From a virus (Duplodnaviria > Caudoviricetes), in the IMG/VR virus record IMGVR_UViG_3300020577_006105: 64,000 nucleotides of DNA; one strand, 5' to 3'. Under the pieces are notes generated by a model that saw only the letters and a list, made by a program, of their open reading frames with translations, had not been told where the DNA came from and made no database searches. Both the position numbers and the translations under genes were made by a program. The first letter of the stretch is position 1; each line of letters starts with the position of its first letter. Shown here piece after piece: positions 1 to 8,743 of the stretch.

Positions 1-3000
1 CCAGGATAAGTTGCTGGGTCTTCTCCAACCGTTAATCTTGCTCCAATCCACAAACTATCGTCTGTTTTTAATACGTCGGCAGCAGAACGATAAAGATTAG
101 CGTCTCCGCCAAGTAAAATTCCGCCAGAACTGCCTGTGGCCGCAAGGGCTAGGCGACTTCCATCAAACGTCATGTTTGAAGAGTCTTGCAACAGACCACT
201 AGCACCAGCATATGTTACACGACCAGATGATAGTGTACCAACCAAAACCTGTGCAGACGCATTTACCGTGAGTGCGGTCGTGGCTCCTGATTTAACCAGC
301 AGTGGAACAACCGATGAAGATGAGCCGGTGGCAATATTCAACAATGCACCAGTGCCATTAGCTGAAGCATCAGTAGTTAAGTTGAATAAATTGTTTGTAG
401 ATGTACCTGTCGCCCAATTCCAAGTGGTTGTATATGTCGACATGGCAAGAGAATGGTTGCCATTTGGATTGACAATCGAGTTCCATCGAACGGCCAATGA
501 AGCAGGGTCAGTCCATGTCATTGCACTCGAACCACCACCAGATGAGGTCAAAACATGACCCGATGTACCAGCAGAGGTAGGCAAGTTAAAATTGTATGTT
601 CCAGCCGCCGCTTGAACAATAACACTTACTACACCAGAAGTAGAACCAAGTAAGTTAATAGTACCAGTTGTACCCCCCACAGCACCGATGGAGGCAGCCC
701 CAGACACAGTCAGGTTTGAATCAACTGTCAACGAATCGGGTGTTCTGAGTACATCGGCCGCAGAGCGATATAGCAAAGCGTCTCCGCCAAGTAATATACC
801 AGCAGACGAACCAGTTGTTGAAATTTGTAATTGACCATTGCCAGTCAGTGTCATCTTGTCCGAAGAAGTTCTAACAGTGACCCCGCTACCACCAGCAGTT
901 GCTGTTTGAAAAACAATATTTGATGAACCACTACCTGTGCTGTTGCCAGCAGTAAGAATAATATCACCACCGTCTAGGTCGGCTGTTGTGATAGCACTGC
1001 CAGATTTAATGTTGAGATGATGACCGCTATCAATGCTGGAATCAATCATTCCAATAACATACGTATATGGAAACACTCCAAGCATTGATGCCAACGTAAT
1101 GTCATGTGTTAATGTGTTCGTGCCAAAACCAATCCTACCAGCACCAAATCGGGCATGTAATGATGCACTATTGTCAGAGGTTCCACTAAAAACATTGTTG
1201 TTGTTGATTGAATAAATATCAACATATCCAGTGGCATTCCCGGTTGCAATTCCAGAGCTGAGTATTAAAGTGCCAGCAGATAAATCCGTACCACCAGATT
1301 GTGCGCCGCCAGACTGTATTGTGAGATTATTGCCAGCACCAGTTGCGCGACGATTGACACCGACTGTTCTTGCCGCTTCTCCGCCAAGCGATAGGTCATA
1401 TGACGGTGCGTTCGTGCCAACACCCACTCTGCTATCGTTGCGCACGAACAAGATTGTGTTTGCACCCGAATCTTGCACCTCAAACGATGATGTTGCAGAC
1501 GAAGCGCCAGTTCCAAGAATCCTTACACTTGGATTCGTGCCAGAAATCGCACCAGAGCGAGTGGTTCCGATACCAAGCGTGTTATTGGTGTCATCCCAAT
1601 AAAAATTCGCATTATCTTGCGCCAGGGTTGAGCCAGCACCCACGAACAGCACGCTACCAACTGTGCTGCCAGTAATGCCGTCGCCAATTGTTAATCCAGA
1701 TGTGGCAGGAGTCACCCATGACAAAGTAATATCGTAAGGGCCGCTACCAGTAACAGCGGAAGCTGACAATACTTGGTTTGTTGATGGCTGCGTTGTTGGA
1801 AGAGTATATCTCAAATCATTTGCTTGAGTTCCAGCAACAAAACTTGAGAAATTAACGCTACCGCTTTCGTACAACGAAAACGTTCCGGCGTTAAGAACGC
1901 TCAGATTTGCACCAACCACAAAGCTATCGTCAGTTCTTAAAGTATCAGCAGCAGAGCGATAAAGATTTGCGTCTCCGCCTATAAGTAATCCGCCTGTGTT
2001 TCCAGTTGTGGCAAGAGCTATTCTGTTGCCATCAAATGTCATATTGGCAGAGTCTTGCAGCAATCCATTTGTACCAGCGTATGTCACACGCCCGTTTGTA
2101 AGACTTCTAACTTGAACGCTTCCATCTAGTCTAACTATTCCTGCATCTACCCATAAAGCATATGCGTTTGTAATCGTTACATTTGCCCCAGTAGCCGGAG
2201 CATTTGATATGTACAGACTAGCAGCATCAGTATATGTTGTTACATTAGTTGCGGCAAATGTGGGTTGTGCAAATCCATGTGCGGCGACAGACGCAACTGT
2301 TCCAGATGATGAAGCATCGGTATATGTAGCAGCGTCAAATCTAAATCCAATACCAGCAACGCCCCATGCGTTTAGCTCAAGATTCCTTCCCGCGTGCAAG
2401 TGTGCAGACGGTGCTAATCCAAAGCCAACTTTTCCTAAGTCATCAAGCTGAATATCAAGCGCATTAGTGGCTGTTGTAGCCAGTGTGATGGTGTTAGTAT
2501 AAGCTGATAGCCAAAGCCCACCAGATTGCAATGTGTGAGCTTCAATAACAAGTGACTCCGCCCATTGAGACGGGGAATTAAACACATCACTTGTTGCCTT
2601 GATGTGACCGTATCCACTTCCAGAACCGACTAGCCTTAAACTAGCCGATGATGCCGCACCAGAAGTTGCATTATGGACTGATAAACATGTGTCATTATTT
2701 TGGTCAAGATGAAATTCAGCTACACTTGTCGCGGATACTGGGGTGTTCTCACCAACAAGAAATTTACCGTCGTCACGAACAAACAATAAGGTGTTTGAGC
2801 TAGAGTCCTGAATTTCGAACGAAGATGTTGCAGATGTTGTTCCAGAACCCTTAATTCTTGTTGTTGGGTTTGTTCCAGAAATTGCGCCCGAGCGAGTGGT
2901 TCCTACGCCGAAGGTGTTATTGGTGTCGTCCCAATAGAAGTTTGCGTTATCTTGAGCTAGAACAGGGCCAGAACCAACAAACAAAATGCTTCCAGTGGTT

Positions 3001-6000
3001 CCACTATTTACCGTGTCACCAATGGTGATACTTGCTGCATTTGTCACCCAGCCAAGTGTAATGTCGTATGGGCCGCTTCCTGTCACAGCAGTTGCTGTCA
3101 AAACTTGGTTTGTTGATGGCTGAGACGTTGGAAGAGTATATCTCAAGTCGTTTGCTTGAGTTCCAGCGGCAAAACTTGAGAAGTTTACAGAACCGCTTTC
3201 GTACAGCGAGAATGTTCCGGCGTTAAGTACACTAAGATTTACCCCAACAATAAAACTATCATCAGTTCTAAGAACGTCAGCGGCACTTCGATAAAGATTT
3301 GCGTCTCCACCAATCAACAAACCACCAGTATTGCCAGTTGTTGCAAGAGAGATTCTATTTCCGTCAAACGTCATGTTTGCAGAATCTTGAAGTAGGCCAT
3401 TGGTTCCTGCATATGTTACGCGACCAGAGGTCAAAGAGTTGACCAAAACCTGCGCAGAAGCATTTACAGTCAATGCAGTTGTGCCGGCGGCAACAACCAA
3501 CATTGGCACCACGGTGGCAGATGTGCCTGTGGCAATTCTAAGTAACGCACCAGTACCATTGGCAGAGGCATCTGTTGTCAGATTAAACAGGTTGTTTGTT
3601 GACGTGCCAGTGGCCCAATTCCATGTCGTTGTATGTGTTGACATAGTCAACGACTGAGCACCATTTGGACTCGTGATTGAGTTCCAACGAACAGCAAGGC
3701 TTGCCGGGTCTGTCCAGGTCATGGCGGTCGCGCCGCCACCGCCAGATGTCAATACATGTCCCGATGAACCAGCGGTTGTTGGCAAGTTGAAATTGTATGT
3801 ACCAGCCGCGGCCTGGACAAGTACACTGACTGTTCCAGAAGTAGAACCAAGTAGGTTAATGGTTCCAGTGGTGCCGCCGGCGGCACCAATAGAGGCAGTA
3901 CCAGAAACTGTTAGGTTAACATCTACAGTGAATGAATCCGGGGTGCGCAAAACATCAGCCGCTGAACGATAGAGTTGTGTGTCACCGCCAATTAAAACGC
4001 CGCCGCCTGAACCAGTTGCCGCAAGTCCGAGTTGGCCGCCAATTGTTGTAAATGTGAAGTTTGGAGAATCAACCAACAAGCCGCTTGTGCTCGCATATGT
4101 AACCCTTCCAGATGTCAATGAATTGACCGTAAGGTTTACTGCGACAATAAGGCTGTCATCAGTTTTAAGAGTGTCCGCTGCACTTCGATACAAATTAGCG
4201 TCACCGCCAATTAGCAATCCACCAGTGTTACCAGTTGTAGCAAGAGCAAGCCTGTTACCATCAAAGGTCATGTTTGCGGAATCTTGAAGCAATCCACCCG
4301 TGCCAGCGTAAGTAACACGAGTCGATGTCAATGTTCCAACGGTTAAACTTGCATCAACTGTCAGTGAGTCAGGTGTTCTAAGAACATCAGCGGCCGAGCG
4401 ATAAAGCTGTGCATCACCGCCAAGTAAGATGCCCGCTGAGCTTCCAGTTGTGGATACTTGTAGTTGACCAGCCCCAGTCAGTGTCATTTTGAGGCTAGAT
4501 GTTCTTACAGTTGTGCCACTACCACCAGCAGTAGCTGTGTAGAATGCAATGCTCGATGAACCGCTACCAGTACTGTTACCCGCTGTTAGGACAATTGAAC
4601 CACCGTTTAAGTCTGCGGTTGTTGTTACATGTCCTGCCTGAATGTTTAAGCTATGACCACTGCCAATTGTAGAGTCAAGCATGCCAATCGCATATGTATA
4701 TGGGCTTGCGGCTACCAGTGATGCAAGTGTGATGTCATAGGTAAGAGTGCTTGTGCCAAGTCCAATTCTGCCAGAACCAAACCTGGCGTGAATTCCAGCA
4801 GGATTATCTGTAGTTCCACCAACTAAATTAGCATTGTTAACAGCATAAATATCAACATACCCAGCAGCGTTTCCAGTAGCCGTACCAGAGCTTAATATTA
4901 GAGTGCCTGCCGCCAAATTGCTTCCGCCAGATTGTGCCCCTCCAGACTGTAATGTAAGGTTGTTTCCTGCGCCAGTTCCGCGTCTGTTAACACCAACGGT
5001 CCTTGCTGACTCTCCTCCAAGCGATAGGTCGTATGATGGTGCATTAGTGCCAATTCCTACGCGACTATCATTTCGCACGAATAGAATCGTGTTTGTACCC
5101 GAATCTTGAACTTCAAAGGATGATGTCGCTGACGAAGACCCTGTACCAAGAATTCTTACGCTTGGGTTCGTGCCGGAAATCGCGCCTGTTCGTGTTGTTC
5201 CAATACCCAGAGTGTTATTAGTGTCATCCCAGAAGAAGTTTGCGTTGTCTTGTGCCAGAGTAGAACCGGCGCCAACGAACAGCACACTACCAACTGTGCT
5301 ACCTGTGATTCCATCGCCAATAGTAATTCCAGAAGTAGCAGGGGTCACCCATGTGAGTGTGATGTCATAAGGGCCAGTTCCAGTGACCGCTGATGCCGAT
5401 AGTACCTGGTTGGTTGAAGGCTGTGTCGTTGGCAGTGTATATCTAAGGTCGTTGGCCTGAGTTCCTGCCGTAAAACTAGAGAAATTTACAGAACCACTTT
5501 CATAAAGTGAGAAAGTGCCAGCGTTTAGAACGCTGAGATTGACCCCAACAACAAAACTATCATCAGTCTTAAGAACATCAGCAGCAGAACGATAAAGATT
5601 GGCGTCTCCACCAATTAAAAGCCCACCAGAACTTCCTGTTGTAGCAAGTGATAGTTTGCTACCGTCAAAAGTCATGTTTGCGGAGTCTTGAAGCAATCCG
5701 TTCGTTCCGGCATATGTCACGCGGCCAGAGGTTAGGCTTCGCACCTGAACACTAGAGTCAAGTCTTACTGTTCCAGAGTCCACCCATAGTGCATATGCAT
5801 TCGTTAAAGTGACATTGCTTCCGGCAGTTGGTGAGTTGGCAATATAGACACTAGCGGCATCTGTGTATGTTGTGACACTTGATGCTGCAAATATCGGTGT
5901 CAAGAATGAATTACCAGCCGCAGTAGCAACTGTTCCGCTGCTTGTTGTGTCTGTAAATGTTCCAGCACGGCTTGTGAATGCTGGGCCGTTGGTTCCCCAC

Positions 6001-8741
6001 GCAGCCACACTCAAGTTACCATCAACATCAAGACGATAAGCCGGCACCCTGTTTGTGCCCACCACGCCATCAAACCGCGTGGCACCGGCCGCAACATATA
6101 GTGCATATGCATTTGTAAGCGTTACATTACTTCCAGCAGTAGGAGCGTTAGCAATGTATACAGTCGAGGCATGTGTAAAAGTGGTTACACTTGATGCCGC
6201 AACAGTGTTCTGTCCGAAAGAAGACATTACAACACTGTTAACAGTACCAGAAGATGACGTGTCTGTTGCCGTACCACCGACAACACGGGTGTAAATACCC
6301 TGTACACCCCACGCACTTGCCGAAATACTGCCTGTAACAGCTAGTCGAGCCGCAAGTGTTGTGCCACCAAGTGTTAGAGTGTCATCTATGCGAACATTGC
6401 CGTTATTTACCCACAGTGCATATGAGTTTGTGAATGTAACATTGGTGCCGGCAGTAGGAGCGTTCGAGATATAAACATTCGCGGCGTTTGTGAAAGTTGT
6501 CGAATTTGATGCGGCAAATGTCGGAGTGTTGAATGTTGATGATGTAACAGTTCCTACTGTGCCAGACGACGACGTGTCTGTATATGTGGCTGCTACAACC
6601 CTCAATGAAATACCGTTGCTACCCCATGCAGCGGCAGACAGACTTCCTCCAATTGCAAACCTGGACGAAGTGGGGGCGATACCAATTGTTACATTGTCAT
6701 CGAACCTAGTATTGCCAGTATTGACCCACAATGCATATGAGTTTGTGAGTGTAACATTCGTTCCAGCAACAGGGCCGCCTGTGATGTACAAGTTGGCAGC
6801 GTGCGTAAACGTGGTAGTATTTGACGCTGCAATAGTTGGTGTAGCAATAGCTGAAGCACCAACGTTTGTAACAGTTCCAGATGATGTTGTATCAGTTAAT
6901 GTCGCGCCACTAACTCTAAATAGGATACCACTAACGCCCCACGCCGATGCTGATTGGCTTCCAGAAACGTGCAATCTAGCGCCAGGTGCAGCAGAAGTGC
7001 CAACTCCCAAATAATTGTTGGTATCATCCCAGAATAGATTATTGTTATCCTGCGCCAAAACTGGGCCGCTTCCAACAAACAGAATACTTCCAGTAGTACC
7101 GCTTGTAACGGTGCCTCCGATTGCCATGTCGGTCGAGTTACTTACCCAGCCAAGAGTAATATCATATGGACCACTACCCGTTACAGAAGTTGCAGTAAGA
7201 ACCTGATTTGTTGAAGGTTGAGTGGTTGGCAGAGTGTATCGAAGGTCATTGGCCTGAGTGCCAGCAGCAAAACTTGAAAAGTTAACACTACCACTTTCAT
7301 ACAGAGAAAAAGTTCCTGCGTTCAGAACACCGAGATTGACTCCGACAATAAGACTGTCGTCTGTTTTTAGTGTATCGGCCGCAGAGCGATAAAGATTAGC
7401 GTCTCCGCCAATTAACAGTCCGCCCGTATTGCCAGTAGTGGCAAGAGCAATCCTGTTGCCATCAAAAGTCATGTTTGCTGAATCTTGAAGCAACCCAGAC
7501 GCGCCAGCGTAGGTGATACGCCCATTGGTCAACGTGCCAATCAGCACCTGTGCTGATGCATTTATAGTTAGTGCCGTCGTCGCACCGGCCTTGACCAACA
7601 ACGGCAGAACTGTTGAAGAAGAACCAGTGGCAATATTGAGCAGCGCACCAGTGCCATTAGCAGACGCATCTGTTGTCAATGAGAAAAGATTGTTGGTGGA
7701 TGTACCTGTGGTCCAATTGAATGTCGTCGTATGTGTCGACATGGACAATGACAAATTGGCATCTGGTGCGGTCAGTGCGCTCCATCTCGTTGTTGCTGTA
7801 ATAAACTGAGCAAAGGTGATTTCACCAGTTGCACCGCCGGCGTCAAGTGTCGTAAACGACGCATTGGACATTGACCAAACAGTACGCGCATTGACTGTTC
7901 CGCTGCGCACGAACACCATTGTGCCTGGAAAAATGTCTTGGGTGTCATTAAAATCTGGGGCGCGTCGGAACCTCCATGTATCAGAAGCACCATCACCTGC
8001 ACGTTCAACATAGTAGATACCGTTATTCGACAACGTGCTCCAGTTCTTGATAAGAATTCTATCGCCTGTCAGGCCCTCAGTAGTGTTCAGCGAGATACCG
8101 TCAATCGTCAACGATGCACTGGTGACACCAGTATCAATTAGTTCAGAAGAGTATGACCATCCAGAGAATGATGTAGCCGGAGTTGTTGCAACTCGAACTT
8201 CGTTCTTGATGATATTGCCATCTAAGCCCGTGCGGCCAATATAACGATAACCCTTGATTTTGAACGGAGCGCGTGACGACAATGAGCCACCACCGCCTGT
8301 TGTTGTAGTAGTGGAAGTGAACGTCAGAATTCCTGTTTGGTAATCAAAGAACCATCCGCATCCATCTGACGGTGGAATTTGAACATTTGACGTATCATAC
8401 AGAACTATCTCATATGTTGAACCATATTTGTCCGACACCCAGTTTTTTAGTCTTGAGGTTTCATCGGTTTGCGCCGGGACTGTGCTCGCATTAGATGTTG
8501 CAAACCAGGCCTGCTTGGTTGGAACACTGGTGTCTTCAACAAGTGTTAGTGTATTGTGATACTCAACGATATCAGTAGTTGCGCCTGGTGCAGTACTAGG
8601 GATAGCATCAACCCATAACTCGAGCTGGTGCGTGTTGATGGTGAAATCACCCTTTTCATTGAAGTAAAACTTAGCATCCGAGTCGGTGACTCGTTTGTTG
8701 ATAAGCGTCTTAAATGAGCGGTCTGTTTTGTTCCAGGGCAT
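1..8741 (-). CDS. Giant modular tail-fibre/adhesin-like virion protein (>2,913 aa, 3' end outside window)
   Basis: Not in the ORF track. ATG at 8741 lies 2 nt after the stop of the 826-aa gene. Hand translation gives MPWNKTDRSFKTLINKRVTD..., and the same frame reads ...GGDANLYRSAADVLKTDDSLWIGARLTVGEDPATYPG at the window edge; no stop was seen in the segments translated. Gly/Ser/Thr/Ala/Asn-rich. Contains the common phage-fibre motif VRVATT...IDG...GDRILIKN...NGIY...RRAPDFN...PGTMVFVRSGT and many internal repeats. Confidence 0.85.
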   Translation of the reverse strand, partial: MPWNKTDRSFKTLINKRVTDSDAKFYFNEKGDFTINTHQLELWVDAIPSTAPGATTDIVEYHNTLTLVEDTSVPTKQAWFATSNASTVPAQTDETSRLKNWVSDKYGSTYEIVLYDTSNVQIPPSDGCGWFFDYQTGILTFTSTTTTTGGGGSLSSRAPFKIKGYRYIGRTGLDGNIIKNEVRVATTPATSFSGWSYSSELIDTGVTSASLTIDGISLNTTEGLTGDRILIKNWSTLSNNGIYYVERAGDGASDTWRFRRAPDFNDTQDIFPGTMVFVRSGTVNARTVWSMSNASFTTLDAGGATGEITFAQFITATTRWSALTAPDANLSLSMSTHTTTFNWTTGTSTNNLFSLTTDASANGTGALLNIATGSSSTVLPLLVKAGATTALTINASAQVLIGTLTNGRITYAGASGLLQDSANMTFDGNRIALATTGNTGGLLIGGDANLYRSAADTLKTDDSLIVGVNLGVLNAGTFSLYESGSVNFSSFAAGTQANDLRYTLPTTQPSTNQVLTATSVTGSGPYDITLGWVSNSTDMAIGGTVTSGTTGSILFVGSGPVLAQDNNNLFWDDTNNYLGVGTSAAPGARLHVSGSQSASAWGVSGILFRVSGATLTDTTSSGTVTNVGASAIATPTIAASNTTTFTHAANLYITGGPVAGTNVTLTNSYALWVNTGNTRFDDNVTIGIAPTSSRFAIGGSLSAAAWGSNGISLRVVAATYTDTSSSGTVGTVTSSTFNTPTFAASNSTTFTNAANVYISNAPTAGTNVTFTNSYALWVNNGNVRIDDTLTLGGTTLAARLAVTGSISASAWGVQGIYTRVVGGTATDTSSSGTVNSVVMSSFGQNTVAASSVTTFTHASTVYIANAPTAGSNVTLTNAYALYVAAGATRFDGVVGTNRVPAYRLDVDGNLSVAAWGTNGPAFTSRAGTFTDTTSSGTVATAAGNSFLTPIFAASSVTTYTDAASVYIANSPTAGSNVTLTNAYALWVDSGTVRLDSSVQVRSLTSGRVTYAGTNGLLQDSANMTFDGSKLSLATTGSSGGLLIGGDANLYRSAADVLKTDDSFVVGVNLSVLNAGTFSLYESGSVNFSSFTAGTQANDLRYTLPTTQPSTNQVLSASAVTGTGPYDITLTWVTPATSGITIGDGITGSTVGSVLFVGAGSTLAQDNANFFWDDTNNTLGIGTTRTGAISGTNPSVRILGTGSSSATSSFEVQDSGTNTILFVRNDSRVGIGTNAPSYDLSLGGESARTVGVNRRGTGAGNNLTLQSGGAQSGGSNLAAGTLILSSGTATGNAAGYVDIYAVNNANLVGGTTDNPAGIHARFGSGRIGLGTSTLTYDITLASLVAASPYTYAIGMLDSTIGSGHSLNIQAGHVTTTADLNGGSIVLTAGNSTGSGSSSIAFYTATAGGSGTTVRTSSLKMTLTGAGQLQVSTTGSSAGILLGGDAQLYRSAADVLRTPDSLTVDASLTVGTLTSTRVTYAGTGGLLQDSANMTFDGNRLALATTGNTGGLLIGGDANLYRSAADTLKTDDSLIVAVNLTVNSLTSGRVTYASTSGLLVDSPNFTFTTIGGQLGLAATGSGGGVLIGGDTQLYRSAADVLRTPDSFTVDVNLTVSGTASIGAAGGTTGTINLLGSTSGTVSVLVQAAAGTYNFNLPTTAGSSGHVLTSGGGGATAMTWTDPASLAVRWNSITSPNGAQSLTMSTHTTTWNWATGTSTNNLFNLTTDASANGTGALLRIATGTSATVVPMLVVAAGTTALTVNASAQVLVNSLTSGRVTYAGTNGLLQDSANMTFDGNRISLATTGNTGGLLIGGDANLYRSAADVLRTDDSFIVGVNLSVLNAGTFSLYESGSVNFSSFAAGTQANDLRYTLPTSQPSTNQVLTATAVTGSGPYDITLGWVTNAASITIGDTVNSGTTGSILFVGSGPVLAQDNANFYWDDTNNTFGVGTTRSGAISGTNPTTRIKGSGTTSATSSFEIQDSSSNTLLFVRDDGKFLVGENTPVSATSVAEFHLDQNNDTCLSVHNATSGAASSASLRLVGSGSGYGHIKATSDVFNSPSQWAESLVIEAHTLQSGGLWLSAYTNTITLATTATNALDIQLDDLGKVGFGLAPSAHLHAGRNLELNAWGVAGIGFRFDAATYTDASSSGTVASVAAHGFAQPTFAATNVTTYTDAASLYISNAPATGANVTITNAYALWVDAGIVRLDGSVQVRSLTNGRVTYAGTNGLLQDSANMTFDGNRIALATTGNTGGLLIGGDANLYRSAADTLRTDDSFVVGANLSVLNAGTFSLYESGSVNFSSFVAGTQANDLRYTLPTTQPSTNQVLSASAVTGSGPYDITLSWVTPATSGLTIGDGITGSTVGSVLFVGAGSTLAQDNANFYWDDTNNTLGIGTTRSGAISGTNPSVRILGTGASSATSSFEVQDSGANTILFVRNDSRVGVGTNAPSYDLSLGGEAARTVGVNRRATGAGNNLTIQSGGAQSGGTDLSAGTLILSSGIATGNATGYVDIYSINNNNVFSGTSDNSASLHARFGAGRIGFGTNTLTHDITLASMLGVFPYTYVIGMIDSSIDSGHHLNIKSGSAITTADLDGGDIILTAGNSTGSGSSNIVFQTATAGGSGVTVRTSSDKMTLTGNGQLQISTTGSSAGILLGGDALLYRSAADVLRTPDSLTVDSNLTVSGAASIGAVGGTTGTINLLGSTSGVVSVIVQAAAGTYNFNLPTSAGTSGHVLTSSGGGSSAMTWTDPASLAVRWNSIVNPNGNHSLAMSTYTTTWNWATGTSTNNLFNLTTDASANGTGALLNIATGSSSSVVPLLVKSGATTALTVNASAQVLVGTLSSGRVTYAGASGLLQDSSNMTFDGSRLALAATGSSGGILLGGDANLYRSAADVLKTDDSLWIGARLTVGEDPATYP
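55..7730 (-). repeat. Interleaved coding repeats in the giant fibre gene
   Basis: GGD[AT][NLQ]LYRSAAD x9 (~85, 763, 1955, 3287, 3964, 4184, 4396, 5587, 7385). SGSVNFSSFxAGTQANDLRYTLPT x4 (~1830, 3160, 5460, 7260). NWxTGTSTNNLFxLTTDASANGTGALL x3 (~380, 3580, 7680). ~105-aa 'TN[SA]YAL[WY]V' module x5, four of them tandem at 6724/6409/6094/5782 (periods 315, 315, 312 nt) and one at 2149. Confidence 0.9.
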
Positions 8742-8743
8742 AT

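Noticed and set aside
55-7730. Repeats as a CRISPR array or a diversity-generating retroelement TR/VR pair
   Set aside because: Repeats are in-frame coding modules with synonymous divergence. There are no identical 25-45-nt repeats with unique spacers, no adenine-specific mismatch pattern was apparent, and no reverse transcriptase or cas gene is in the window.
136-8244. Many short + strand ORFs (60-174 aa) that resemble each other
   Set aside because: They are antisense shadows of the repetitive giant minus-strand fibre gene; their P/V/A-rich composition mirrors its G/T/S codons.
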